In this document: positions 9,443-19,263 of the stretch, piece by piece | Position numbering within the stretch: the first letter of the stretch is position 1 | Layout of the letters: each line of letters starts with the position of its first letter | Assembly (NCBI GenBank): GCA_965223905.1 | Contig: CBDCXV010000001.1 | Location: 672,001-736,000 of the forward strand | Direction: 5' to 3' | Source: Candidatus Latescibacterota bacterium | GTDB taxonomy: Bacteria > Latescibacterota > UBA2968 > UBA8231 | DNA length: 64,000 nt | Position numbers and translations under genes: made by a program | The notes under the pieces: model-generated | What the model saw: only the letters and a program-made list of their open reading frames with translations | Database searches by the model: none | What the model was told of the DNA's origin: nothing

Positions 9443-11211
9443 AGCGCCTCCAGCTCGGCGGAGAGCTGCTGCCGCTCATGCAGCTCGGAGTACAGCCCCC
9501 CGGCGCGCACGAGGGTATCGTGGTCGCCGCTCTCGACGATGCGGCCCTCGTCGAGGGTGACGATGAGGTCGGCGTGGCGCAGGGTGGAGATGCGATGGGC
9601 GATGATGATCGTCGTCCGCCCTCTCATCGCCTCCCGCAGGTAGCGGAGGATCGCCTCCTCCGTCTGCGTGTCCACTGCGGAAAGGGCGTCGTCGAGGATG
9701 AGGATGCGCGGCTCGCGCAGCAGGGCGCGGGCCAGGGTGCAGCGCTGCTTCTGCCCCCCGGACAGAGTGACACCCCGCTCGCCGACGACGGTGGCGAGCC
9801 CGTCCTCGAGCTCCTCGATGTCGCGGTCGAGCTGGGACCGGGTGGCCGCTTCCCGTATCTCCCGGCCCGTGGCGGCCTCGACGCCGTAGGCGATGTTGCC
9901 GGCGACCGAGGTGGAGAACAGGAACGGCTGCTGCGACACGTACCCGATGGAGCGCCGCAGCCCCTCGAGGGGCCACTCCTGCACGCTCTTTCCGTCGATC
10001 GTCACCGCACCTCGCTGCGGCTCGATGAGCCGGGGCACCAGGCGGGCGAGAGTGCTCTTGCCGGCGCCGACGCGGCCGATGACGCCGAGGGTCCTGCCCG
10101 CCGGCAGGTAGAGCTCGATGCCGTCCAGCACCTGCCGGCCGTCGTAGGAGAAGTCGACCCCCTGCCAGTGGACGGCTCCCGCCATCGCCGTCTCCGCGGG
10201 GGCGGCGCGCGAGCCGCCCGGGAGGGCGCGGAGGGGGCCCCCGGCGATTTCCGGCTCCTGCGACAGGATCTCGTCGATGCGGCGGATCGCCACGAGGGCG
10301 CGCTGCAGGCGGTCGATGACCCAGCCGCTGTAGCTGATAGGGCGGATCAGGAGAGTCAGGTAGGCGTTGAAGGCGACGAAGTCGCCGATCGAAAGGGTCC
10401 CTGCGATGACCTCCCTGCCGCCGAACAGCAGGTTGAGCCCCAGCCCGAACGAGGCGATGGTCAGCGACAGCGGCCGGAACAGGGCCCGCGCGCGGATGTA
10501 GCGGTGGTTGTGCGCCAGGTATTCGCTGTTGAGCCGGTCGAAGGCCTCGGTTCGGGGTCCGCCCAGCACGAACGACTTGACCACGCGGATCCCGGTGAGG
10601 CTCTCCTGGACGAGGTTGCTGATGTCGCCGAAGCAGTCCTGGATGGAGCGGAAGCGGTTGTGCACGAGGGAGGACATCCGCACCGTCACCAGGCAGAGGA
10701 CCGGAAGCGGCACCAGGACGATCATGGTCAGCTTCCAGTGGATGACGCTCATCACTGCCAGGCTGAAGGTCAGGATCAGCACCAGCTCGATGAGGGATCG
10801 CAGTCCGTAGGTGAAGAAGACGCTGACGGCCTGCAGGTCGTTGGTCGCCCGCGCCATCAGGTCGCCGGTGCGGTGGCGCTGGAAAAAGGAGAGCGGCATG
10901 CGCATCAGGTGCGCGAAATAGGCGCACCGGATGTCGTACTCGATCCGCGTCGACATGGTGCCGAGCAGGCGGCGCATCGAGTAGCCGCCCGCGGCTACGA
11001 CCAGGGCGAGCAGGAACATCTGCAGCAGGTAACGGCGCACGCCGCGCAGCAGCTCGCCCGGGGAGGCGTCTTCCGCGGTCAGCGAGTCGACCGCGGCGCC
11101 GAGCAGCATCGGGATGCAGGCCGCGGCCACCTGCGAAACCGCGATGGCCGCGGCGCCGAGAAGCATCCGCTTTCCGTAGGGGGCGGTGTAGCGGGAGAAA
11201 GGACCCGTCAT
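9439..11211 (-). CDS. ABC exporter ATP-binding/permease subunit (heterodimer partner)
   Basis: GRVGAGKST, LSGGQKQR, Walker B ILILDD (catalytic E replaced by D): asymmetric TmrAB/BmrCD-type pair. Confidence 0.92.
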   Translation of the reverse strand: MTGPFSRYTAPYGKRMLLGAAAIAVSQVAAACIPMLLGAAVDSLTAEDASPGELLRGVRRYLLQMFLLALVVAAGGYSMRRLLGTMSTRIEYDIRCAYFAHLMRMPLSFFQRHRTGDLMARATNDLQAVSVFFTYGLRSLIELVLILTFSLAVMSVIHWKLTMIVLVPLPVLCLVTVRMSSLVHNRFRSIQDCFGDISNLVQESLTGIRVVKSFVLGGPRTEAFDRLNSEYLAHNHRYIRARALFRPLSLTIASFGLGLNLLFGGREVIAGTLSIGDFVAFNAYLTLLIRPISYSGWVIDRLQRALVAIRRIDEILSQEPEIAGGPLRALPGGSRAAPAETAMAGAVHWQGVDFSYDGRQVLDGIELYLPAGRTLGVIGRVGAGKSTLARLVPRLIEPQRGAVTIDGKSVQEWPLEGLRRSIGYVSQQPFLFSTSVAGNIAYGVEAATGREIREAATRSQLDRDIEELEDGLATVVGERGVTLSGGQKQRCTLARALLREPRILILDDALSAVDTQTEEAILRYLREAMRGRTTIIIAHRISTLRHADLIVTLDEGRIVESGDHDTLVRAGGLYSELHERQQLSAELEAL

Positions 11212-11401
11212 CGGTTCAGCCGGGGGTTTGCCGCGGACCGGGGGGCGAGGGTCGTCGGGTCGGAGGCTCCCACGATTGCGGGGGATTCATGGCAGAAGCG
11301 GCCTTCGCCCAGAGTCTGTGTTCGAGCGGCCCTGGCCCGGGTGGAACGGAGGCGGCCCGCTCATTGCTCGAGCCATCGTGGGCAGGGAGTGCCGGGTAAA
11401 A

Positions 11402-12043
11402 CTACGGGCAGGCCGACCCCAGCTCGGGGAAAACTTCCGGCAAGCGCCGGCGCAAGGCCGTTAGCGCCCGGGTGCGGTGGCTGATCCGGTTCTTTTCGGC
11501 CGCGGACAGCTCCGCCACGGTCCTGCCTTCCTGCGGCAGGTAGAAGACCGGGTCGTACCCGAACCCGCCGGCGCCGGAAGCCTCCGCGGCGATCCGGCCT
11601 TCGCAGGTCCCCTCCCCGAGGCAGGAGCGGCCGTCGGGAGCGGCGATCACGGCGCAGCAGACGAAGCGGGCGGAGCGTTCGGCCGGGTCGCCGACGTGAG
11701 CGAGGTTCGACAGCAGCAGGCGGCACCTGCCGGCGTCGTCGAGGGCAGGGCCGCCGTAGCGCGCCGAAAAAATGCCGGGCTCGGCGCCGAGGGCGTCGAC
11801 CTCGAGACCGGAGTCGTCGGCGATGCAGAGACCCCCGGAAGCGGCGGCTCCGGCCCGCGCCTTGATGGCGGCGTTCTCGCGGAAGCTGTCGCCGTCTTCG
11901 GCCACCTCCAGCCGGAGGCCGAGGGTTTGCGGGGAAACCAGGCGGAACCCGGGGAGCAGCTGGCGCAGCTCCTTCAGCTTGCCGGCATTGGAGGTCGCGG
12001 CAAGCAGCCCGGGCGGCCCGCGGCGGGCTGCGCCGTCGGTCAG
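11402..12043 (-). CDS. rdgB: Non-canonical purine NTP pyrophosphatase (RdgB/HAM1); start uncertain
   Basis: ATSNAGKLKE, ENAAIKA, ADDSGLEVDALGAEPGIFSARY, GFGYDPVF, KNRISHR. Confidence 0.92.
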   Translation of the reverse strand: MTDGAARRGPPGLLAATSNAGKLKELRQLLPGFRLVSPQTLGLRLEVAEDGDSFRENAAIKARAGAAASGGLCIADDSGLEVDALGAEPGIFSARYGGPALDDAGRCRLLLSNLAHVGDPAERSARFVCCAVIAAPDGRSCLGEGTCEGRIAAEASGAGGFGYDPVFYLPQEGRTVAELSAAEKNRISHRTRALTALRRRLPEVFPELGSACP

Positions 12044-13155
12044 GGCTGCTTCCGGTCCAGTTCCTGCAGCTGCTGCTCGCACCAATCCCTGAAGCGGTTG
12101 TCCTGTTTGGCCTTTTTGTACCAGGTCCGCGCTTCGGAGACCTGGCCGAGCTTGCTGTAGGAATCGGCGACCACGACTTCGGCGGCGTGGTGGTTGCGCT
12201 GAAGCCGCGTCGCCTTGAGGCCGGCGTCGAGCGCCTTCTTCCATTCTCCGGTCCCGTAGTAGGCTTCGCCCAGCCCGTAGTGGGCCTCGATGTGTTTGCT
12301 GTTGACTTCAATGGCCCGCCGCAGCAGCTCGATCGCTTCGTGGTGGCGCCCTTTCAGGCTCAAGGTTTTACCGATCAGGCAGAGCCCTTCGACAAACTCG
12401 GGATCGATGGAGACCGCCGGGCGCAGGGTGGCCAGGGCGCCGTCGAAGTCCTCGCCGGCGATCTGAACCCTGGCGAGGGCGCTGTACGCCTTCGTGTAGG
12501 TGGAGTCGAGCGCAATGGCCCGGCGGTAGGTCTCGGCGGCGATTCGCAGCTTGCCCTGCCGCCGTTGCAGGTCGGCGAGCGACTTGTGGGCTTTCACGTA
12601 GGTGGAATCGGCATCGATGGCATCCTGAAACGCCTTGGATGCGGCGGCGTCTTCCCGGAGGGCGTTGTAGCAGAGGCCGAGGAGATAGAGCAGATCCGCG
12701 TCGCCGGGGCTCCGTTCCAGCGCCTTCTCGAAGCTGGCGATCGCCTCGCGGAACCTCTTCTTCTTGAACGACTGCACCGCGGACTTCTTGTAGACGTCGA
12801 CAAGCTGGGCGGGAATCCGCTCCCGCGCGCGCTCGGAGGAAACGCCGTGGCGGGAGGCCGCCTCGAAAGCGCGGACGGCGCGGTCGAACTGGTTGAGGAC
12901 CTTGTAGGTCTTTGCCAGCGCGTAGTGGGCGTCCCCGTAGGTGGAGTCGGTCTCCACCGATTGCTCCAGGGAGATGGCGGCGTTGCGGAAGTGGCGGTTC
13001 TTGAGCAGCTCGAGGCTCTTGCTGTACTGCTGAACAGCCGCGGGGTCCGGTTTTCGGGGAGCGGGATCCGGCCCCTGCGCAACGAGCGCCGAGGCCGACA
13101 GGATCGCCGTCAGTGCCGGCAGGAGGATGCAGATCCGGATGCGATCGCTCGACAT
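12040..13155 (-). CDS. Secreted tetratricopeptide repeat protein
   Basis: Signal peptide followed by multiple 34-aa TPR units (AHYALAKTY, LLYLLGLCY, AHYGLGEAY). Confidence 0.85.
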   Translation of the reverse strand: MSSDRIRICILLPALTAILSASALVAQGPDPAPRKPDPAAVQQYSKSLELLKNRHFRNAAISLEQSVETDSTYGDAHYALAKTYKVLNQFDRAVRAFEAASRHGVSSERARERIPAQLVDVYKKSAVQSFKKKRFREAIASFEKALERSPGDADLLYLLGLCYNALREDAAASKAFQDAIDADSTYVKAHKSLADLQRRQGKLRIAAETYRRAIALDSTYTKAYSALARVQIAGEDFDGALATLRPAVSIDPEFVEGLCLIGKTLSLKGRHHEAIELLRRAIEVNSKHIEAHYGLGEAYYGTGEWKKALDAGLKATRLQRNHHAAEVVVADSYSKLGQVSEARTWYKKAKQDNRFRDWCEQQLQELDRKQP

Positions 13156-13293
13156 GGCAGTAGCTGTCGTCCTGGTGTTTTCAAGGTGGGCAGGAGGAGT
13201 GTTGAAAGCGGTTTCGACAGACTGTGCAGGGGCGAAACATACATGGCAGGGGGCATTTGTCAAAGCCGGAAGGGGCCGATACACTGTTACAAT

Positions 13294-13338
13294 ATTATAA
13301 TGTTTTCCCCTTCCCGATTATAATGTTTTCCCTTCCCG
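13294..13338. promoter_or_regulatory. Tandem 23/22-nt duplication, each copy carrying the palindrome ATTATAAT (TATAAT on both strands), in a divergent intergenic region
   Basis: attataatgttttccccttcccg followed by attataatgttttcccttcccg. Confidence 0.6.
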
Positions 13339-13385
13339 TTCCTCTACCAGGCGTTCCCCCCTGCGAATTCCCGCGGCCGCTGCCG

Positions 13386-16361
13386 ATGGCCATGCGGCTC
13401 GCTCTATGCGCCGCCCTCGCGTCCGCGCCCTCCGGCGCGGGCGCCGGTTTTCCGTACACCCTGGAGTGGAAGCGGCTGACCGGTCTGCCCGCCGGACCGG
13501 TGGCATGGGTGGACAGCCTCCTCTTTCTCGCGGAAGCGGACGGCTTCCTGGTCGCCGTCGAACGCGGCTCCGGGGCCGTCCGCTGGCGCCTGCCGGGCGG
13601 CGGCCCCCTCGGCGACCTGCAGGTGTCCGGCGACAGGCTGCTGTTTGCCGGCACTCGCGGAACGACCGGCAGCTGCGAAATCGCCGACGGCAGCCTCGTC
13701 TGGAAACGGCACGGCCCCGCTTCCCGGGGCGCGCGGATCGCCGCAGGCGACAGCCTTGCGTTCTTCAACAGCAACGACGGCTGGCTGTACGCCCGCCGCG
13801 GCGACGGCTCCTGCGCCTGGAAGCTGCGCACGGGGACCCGCAGGCCGGCGCGCCCGCTCCTGCAGGAGGACAGGCTGTACCTCGGGAACGCGGACGGCTT
13901 CCTGCTCGCCGTCGACAGCGGCAGCGGCCGCAGGCTGCAGGAGGTCGAGGTCGGCGCCGCGGTCGGCACCCTGGTGCCGGCAGGTGACCGGCTCGTCGCC
14001 GCGGCCTCCGACGGTTTCGTCCGCGCCTGGAAAAGGGAGGGCCTCGGGCTGCTGTGGGAGCGCCGCCTCGGGGCCAAGCTGCGGGTACCCCCCGGAGTTG
14101 TTCCGCATGCCATCATCTGTCTGGCGGACAACGCCTACGCCTGGGGCCTGCACCCGGATACCGGCGTCCCGGTCTGGAAGAGACCGATCGGCGTCCAGCC
14201 GACCGGGCTCGTTCCCCTGCCAGCGGTCGGGCAGGTGCTGGTCGCCACCGACTCCGGGGCGGTGGCCGCGCTCGACCGGCGGACGGGAGAGCCGGCCTGG
14301 GAGCAGCAGGTGGCCGGCGGGAGCATTCGCCTGCACGGCGACGCCGGCCGCCTTTACGTCGCCGCCGCGGACGGGTATCTGTACGCTTTCAAACGATGGA
14401 AGGAGCCTCGGCCCTCCGGCCGCGTGGATACGGTATGGTCCGAGCTGCGCAGCCGCGGCCCCAAGACCGGCTACTCCAAGCGATGGTCCGAAGCCCTCCC
14501 GGGCGGCGGCCTGCGCCTCCGCGAGGAGACGGTGAACTGGAGCCACGGGTTCGTGCGGGCGCGCTCGGCCCTGGAGGTCGACGCCGGCCTGCGGCCGGTC
14601 TCCTTCCGCAAGGAGAAGATCGAGGGGAGCCAGCGCCTGGTCGGCCGCGGCGACTGGCTCGGCCGCGGCCGCGTGCGCAGCGAGCGCCGGCTCGCCGGGC
14701 AGACCGTCACGGACACCGTTGAGGTCGACCCCGGTGTCCTGTTGCCCGAGACGGCCCTTCTGAAGCTGATCCGCGAAGGCTCGCTGCAGCCGGGCGTCGC
14801 CGACACCATCCCGGTTTTCGACTACGCCGAGCTCGCTTCCCGCCCCCTGTACGTCGCCGCCGGCGTGTGGGAGCCGGCGGGGGAGGATTCCCTGCTGAAG
14901 GTGACGATGCGCTACGGACCTGTGGTGCGGGGACGGAACGTCAGCGAGACACCGGACCTGCTGCCGGGCATCCTCTTTCACACCTGGCTCGACACCGGGG
15001 GAGGCGAAGTGAGAACCGCGGTTCCCCGGTTCGAATCATCCGGCGTCCGCACCGACAGGCGGACGGCGCTGTCGTGGGAAGCCCCCGCAAAACCGAAGGC
15101 GCTCAACCTCGACCACGCGATCCCGGCCCCGGCCCGCCTCGAGCGCCTGGTGCTTCGCCTGCCCTGGACGCCGGCCGCGGCAGGCTCCCTGTTCGTCACG
15201 GACCGGAGGCAGACCCTCGAAAGCGACAGCCCGGGGACGCGGCTCCTCGTGCGCCGCGTCGAGCCGCCGTCAGGAAGGAGGGCCCTGCCGGTGGAGGAGG
15301 ATGAGCTGCGTCTCTACCTCGAACCGTCGCTGTATATACAGTCGGAGCACCCGGAGCTTCGGGCCCTGAGCGCGCGCGTCACGGGCGATGAACGGGACGC
15401 CCTGACGGTGGCGCGGCGCCTGCTTCAGTGGGTGTACGACAACATGACTCCCGCAAACACCAACGTGCGCTTCAAGTCGGCGCTCGAAGTGCTCGGGGAC
15501 ATGCGCGGCACCTGCAGCGAGTACACCGTGCTCTACGCCGCGCTCTGCCGCGCCGCCGGGGTGCCTGCCCGGGTCGCTTCCGGGTTCGCCGCCTCCCCGG
15601 ACGGGGAGCTGGTCCTGCACGTATGGCCGGAGGTGTTTCTCGGCGAATGGGTCGGCGTCGACCCGTCCTGGAACGCCTTCCCCGTCGGAGCCGCCCACGT
15701 CAAGACCGGATCCGGACTGCTGACGCCGGCAGGCATCGCGCGCATGAACCTGCCGCTGCAGCTGATTCTCGCGCCGGAGGGCCGCATCGAGCTGGTCGAG
15801 CACGAGACCCGGGACGGGCGCTTCCTGGCGGAAGGGGAACGGCTGTACCAGGAGGCGGAGGCCGCGGACCGGAACTTCGAGGAGGAGCGGGCCCAGGAGC
15901 TGTACCACCGGGTGCTCCTGCTCGACTGGCACCAGCGCAGCGCCGAGGCTCACCTTGCGATCGCGCGGTACCACCTGCAGCGCGGGCGCCTGGAGGATGC
16001 GGAGTGGCCGCTGCGCCGGATGCTGAACCAGGGCCCGGAAGGTGCCGCCACCGCCCAGGCCTGGTTCCACCTCGGGAGGGTCGCCGAGGCCCGGGAGGAT
16101 TGGGAGGGGGCAGCCGAGTTGTACGGGCGGCTGGCCGACCGCTACCCGGCCGGAGACCTTGCGGACGACGCGCTCGGCTCGCTGGCGGCGCTGACGGAAA
16201 AGAGGTTCGGCTGCCGGAAGGCGCGGCCCCTCTACCAGGGGCTGGTCGAAGAGTACAGCCGCTCAGGGTGGGCGTCGGTCGCCGAGGCGGCGCTGGAGAA
16301 GTGCGGGTCGAAGGAGCGGCTGCTGGAGGCGCTGGACTCCCCCACTAACGAGAGCGAGTAG
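13386..16361 (+). CDS. PQQ-like (BamB-type) beta-propeller + transglutaminase-like domain + C-terminal TPR protein
   Basis: Repeated A(V/L)DxxxG..W propeller blades; GTCSEY...LHVWPEV...VDPSW Cys-His-Asp triad; TPR helices (AWFHLGRV, YPAGDLADDAL). Confidence 0.8.
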   Translation: MAMRLALCAALASAPSGAGAGFPYTLEWKRLTGLPAGPVAWVDSLLFLAEADGFLVAVERGSGAVRWRLPGGGPLGDLQVSGDRLLFAGTRGTTGSCEIADGSLVWKRHGPASRGARIAAGDSLAFFNSNDGWLYARRGDGSCAWKLRTGTRRPARPLLQEDRLYLGNADGFLLAVDSGSGRRLQEVEVGAAVGTLVPAGDRLVAAASDGFVRAWKREGLGLLWERRLGAKLRVPPGVVPHAIICLADNAYAWGLHPDTGVPVWKRPIGVQPTGLVPLPAVGQVLVATDSGAVAALDRRTGEPAWEQQVAGGSIRLHGDAGRLYVAAADGYLYAFKRWKEPRPSGRVDTVWSELRSRGPKTGYSKRWSEALPGGGLRLREETVNWSHGFVRARSALEVDAGLRPVSFRKEKIEGSQRLVGRGDWLGRGRVRSERRLAGQTVTDTVEVDPGVLLPETALLKLIREGSLQPGVADTIPVFDYAELASRPLYVAAGVWEPAGEDSLLKVTMRYGPVVRGRNVSETPDLLPGILFHTWLDTGGGEVRTAVPRFESSGVRTDRRTALSWEAPAKPKALNLDHAIPAPARLERLVLRLPWTPAAAGSLFVTDRRQTLESDSPGTRLLVRRVEPPSGRRALPVEEDELRLYLEPSLYIQSEHPELRALSARVTGDERDALTVARRLLQWVYDNMTPANTNVRFKSALEVLGDMRGTCSEYTVLYAALCRAAGVPARVASGFAASPDGELVLHVWPEVFLGEWVGVDPSWNAFPVGAAHVKTGSGLLTPAGIARMNLPLQLILAPEGRIELVEHETRDGRFLAEGERLYQEAEAADRNFEEERAQELYHRVLLLDWHQRSAEAHLAIARYHLQRGRLEDAEWPLRRMLNQGPEGAATAQAWFHLGRVAEAREDWEGAAELYGRLADRYPAGDLADDALGSLAALTEKRFGCRKARPLYQGLVEEYSRSGWASVAEAALEKCGSKERLLEALDSPTNESE

Positions 16362-16454
16362 CATCCCCTTGCGGAGCTGTTCGTTGCTTCCGCACGCCGG
16401 TAGGGCTTACATACAGGCGAAAGACCAGCCGAGAAATACACCCCACTTTTGGAA

Positions 16455-16680
16455 ATGCAGCCTGTCAGGTTGAACATCGGGTGTGGAAACGATATCCGCC
16501 CGGGGTTATCTCAATATCGATCCATTCGCGGATGGACCCGTCCTGAGAATGGAGGCTTCGCGGCTGGCTTTCACGGACCAGTCAGTGGACGAAATCTTCT
16601 CCTCGCACGTGCTGGAGCATCTGTCGAAACATGAGGTGATTGATGTTCTCGTCGAATGGTATCGGGTGCTCAAGCCCACC
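16455..16680 (+). pseudogene. Frameshifted, truncated class I SAM methyltransferase fragment
   Basis: MQPVRLNIGCGNDIRPG, then a frame change at the G run near 16502-16505 to YLNID...SVDEIFSSHVLEHL...EWYRVLKP; homology stops there. Confidence 0.7.
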
Positions 16681-16876
16681 ATGGCATGCAGTCCGGGCTG
16701 TGGCATCGGCCGGGGAAACAGTCCCGCCAGCAAGCAGGCGAGGCGTAGTAAACTGGCTTCGGAAACAGATGGTAGATGGTGTTTCTGTTCTACCGGATCT
16801 GCGCAGGGATAGCTCGGTCCCGGAGGTAGAGAAAGAAAAGCTCAGAAAAAAGGAGCCGAGTCCCGAATTCGCAGCT

Positions 16877-19144
16877 TCATTGTTGGGGGAAATGGGTTGC
16901 GAGCAAATCCCGAGCCGCCTCCACCTGGATCCCTTGGGAAATGAGAGCTTCGATACCTTCTGGTGCGCCAGCCTCTTCCGCGGCGGCCCTGCCAAACCTT
17001 GCCACCCCCTGCGCATAGAGGCTATCCGCTTCCTCGACCTGCCCCAGCGCCAGGCAGGACAGGGCGAGGCCAAACTGCGCACGAGTGTTGGTTTCGTCCT
17101 TTTCCAATGCGAGGCGAAAAGCGGAAATGGAGTCCTCGGTTCTCCCGCCTTCCCGAAGATCGAGTCCCATCCGAACGCAATCTTCACTGCTTGCCGAACC
17201 TGGATGGTCTTCAAGGATTTGGAGGTATAGCAGAAAGATGGCATCTGATTGCCTTGCAGTTGGGTCTTTCCCCAAAGCGCGTTGGGCCATTGCAATTGCC
17301 TCTTCAATTCTTCCCGAAGCCGCCAGGGCGACAGAAGCATTGAAAAGCAACCCCGCGGGAGCTGCCTGGGAATTCTGTCCCACGGCCTTATGGGCAGTAA
17401 GAGCGGCTTCACTGAGGAGACCCGCCTTGGCAAACGCACCCACTAAGTTCTGCCAGGTTTTGGATCTGTCTGGATTAAATTCCAGGGCCCGTCGATAGGC
17501 CAATATCGCCTGTTCAAAATCCTCTTTCCCAAACAATCCATTGCCCAAATTGTGGTATAATCCCGCGATTTCCCGGCGTAAGGTAGCGACCATCTCTTTG
17601 TTTTTCAGTGGGACCCACAAATCCGGCGCAATTTGAATTCTTATATGGGACCCAGGTGTCTTGAATGTGTCAAGGGTTTTGCGTGCCAAGTCGGCACTTG
17701 GAGAATGTGGGTCTATGGAGTCATTTACCATTTTGTAGATATGCAGGTTAGGGTCTTCAGGAAAAACATCTAATGCTTCGGAAATAATGGTCTCTTGATC
17801 CTTTTTTCCCATGTTTACGAAGAGTAGACGAGAGTAAGCATCCTGAAGATTAATCGTGTCTTTACCCTGGCGTATGGAACGCTTTAGTTGTGCCGCTCCG
17901 GCCTCCATATCCCCACGGGCTATGTAGTTCCTGCCCGAGGAATAAAAGGAAAGGGCCTCCACCTGCTTCAGGGAAAAATAGCTGCTGAGAAAAACGGCCG
18001 TCAGGATTGTTACGTACAGGTAGGGCCAGCAGAACCTCAGGCGTCGGGTTGAAACTTCGATTGTCCAGGCCAGAAGGAGTGAGAATCCTGCAGTTGCAGG
18101 GTAAAGGTAACGCGAAGGTCCCGCAGGCCGGCCGAGAATACTTTCAAAGGTGAGTGGCAGGAAAGGGAGCAGGGACAGCAGAATCCAGGTCGACCACAAC
18201 GATCCCGGGAAGCGTCTCCAGAAAATGAGCAGCGACAGAGCTGCCAGGATTCCGGCACCGGCCCAAAGCTCCCAGGATTGGAATTCGTATAGGGGAAAGG
18301 GCAGCCAATGGGCGGTTGTAAAGAGGCGGCCCAGGGACCACAGAAGGAGTCCTCCCATGCCCGCCAGCAGTTGGAGAAGGTCCTTCTCCGAGTAGAGACC
18401 GATGGCTCGCCCCGTATTGGTTTCTCCTGGAGTAATGGCGACAATGAACACCAACTCCAGGGCGGTCAGAACGAGGAGAGGAAAAAGAGGGCGCAGCGCA
18501 GTTTTCAGGTTGTATCCCTTGGACCAGACCCAGTAGAGGCAGAAAGGCCAAAGAAAAGCCATTGCTGCAAGAGCCATGATGCTTATGAACGAACCGGCGT
18601 AAACTCCCAACAACCAGGCTGATCTCAGGGTGGCAAGGTAGCGCAGGTAGCAAAGCAGGGTTCCCAGACCCAAGGCAAGGGAAAGCGGGTAGTCGAGCGC
18701 GGAGATATGGTGGACGGCCTGGAAGTGGGCGACGTTGACGAGGAAAAGCAGGCCGCCCGTCAGGCTCAGGCATAAGCCACTTCCCAGCCGCCAGGCAAAT
18801 AGCGCCAGGAGAATGGTGGATGAGGCGTGAAAGGCCACGGCCAGAAGGTGGTAGAAGGCGGGGTCATTGCCTCCGATCAGGTAGGCCAGAAACTTTACCA
18901 GGTCGGCGGCTGGGCGGCCGGTGGGTTGTTGCTTTTCTGAAGAGAAAAAGAAGCTGAAGTCCTCTCCGATGGCGACGTTGTCCTGGAACGTTTCATAGTC
19001 GTGGACATCGAGCAGATGGTCTTTCAGGCTGCCGAAATAGAGGGCCGATAACAGGAATACGAGAAGGATGTATCCCGGCCAGACTAGGCGTCTGTTGCTC
19101 AGAGCCATCGAGACAGAATTGAATTTAGAAAATAGGGAAGGCAT
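16877..19144 (-). CDS. Polytopic membrane protein with C-terminal TPRs (TMTC-like GT-C glycosyltransferase candidate)
   Basis: TM1 followed by acidic loop LDVHDY, a GRP motif, YHLLAVAFH, RYLYPA motif, then TPRs (LYHNLGNGLF..AILAYRRALEFNPD). Confidence 0.7.
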   Translation of the reverse strand: MPSLFSKFNSVSMALSNRRLVWPGYILLVFLLSALYFGSLKDHLLDVHDYETFQDNVAIGEDFSFFFSSEKQQPTGRPAADLVKFLAYLIGGNDPAFYHLLAVAFHASSTILLALFAWRLGSGLCLSLTGGLLFLVNVAHFQAVHHISALDYPLSLALGLGTLLCYLRYLATLRSAWLLGVYAGSFISIMALAAMAFLWPFCLYWVWSKGYNLKTALRPLFPLLVLTALELVFIVAITPGETNTGRAIGLYSEKDLLQLLAGMGGLLLWSLGRLFTTAHWLPFPLYEFQSWELWAGAGILAALSLLIFWRRFPGSLWSTWILLSLLPFLPLTFESILGRPAGPSRYLYPATAGFSLLLAWTIEVSTRRLRFCWPYLYVTILTAVFLSSYFSLKQVEALSFYSSGRNYIARGDMEAGAAQLKRSIRQGKDTINLQDAYSRLLFVNMGKKDQETIISEALDVFPEDPNLHIYKMVNDSIDPHSPSADLARKTLDTFKTPGSHIRIQIAPDLWVPLKNKEMVATLRREIAGLYHNLGNGLFGKEDFEQAILAYRRALEFNPDRSKTWQNLVGAFAKAGLLSEAALTAHKAVGQNSQAAPAGLLFNASVALAASGRIEEAIAMAQRALGKDPTARQSDAIFLLYLQILEDHPGSASSEDCVRMGLDLREGGRTEDSISAFRLALEKDETNTRAQFGLALSCLALGQVEEADSLYAQGVARFGRAAAEEAGAPEGIEALISQGIQVEAARDLLATHFPQQ

Positions 19145-19263
19145 GGGTCCCGGGCGGCAAGGTGGCCGTCCTTCATGCTTTTTGGGCGTGGGTCCTCAAA
19201 ATACCCCTTCAACCGGGGATCAGGAAATCCTTCTCACGCCCTACCACTTGCGCGGTGGGAGCG

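Noticed and set aside
13386-14400. Calling the propeller gene bamB
   Set aside because: There is no clear lipobox, it is fused to transglutaminase and TPR domains, and it is not in the bam context
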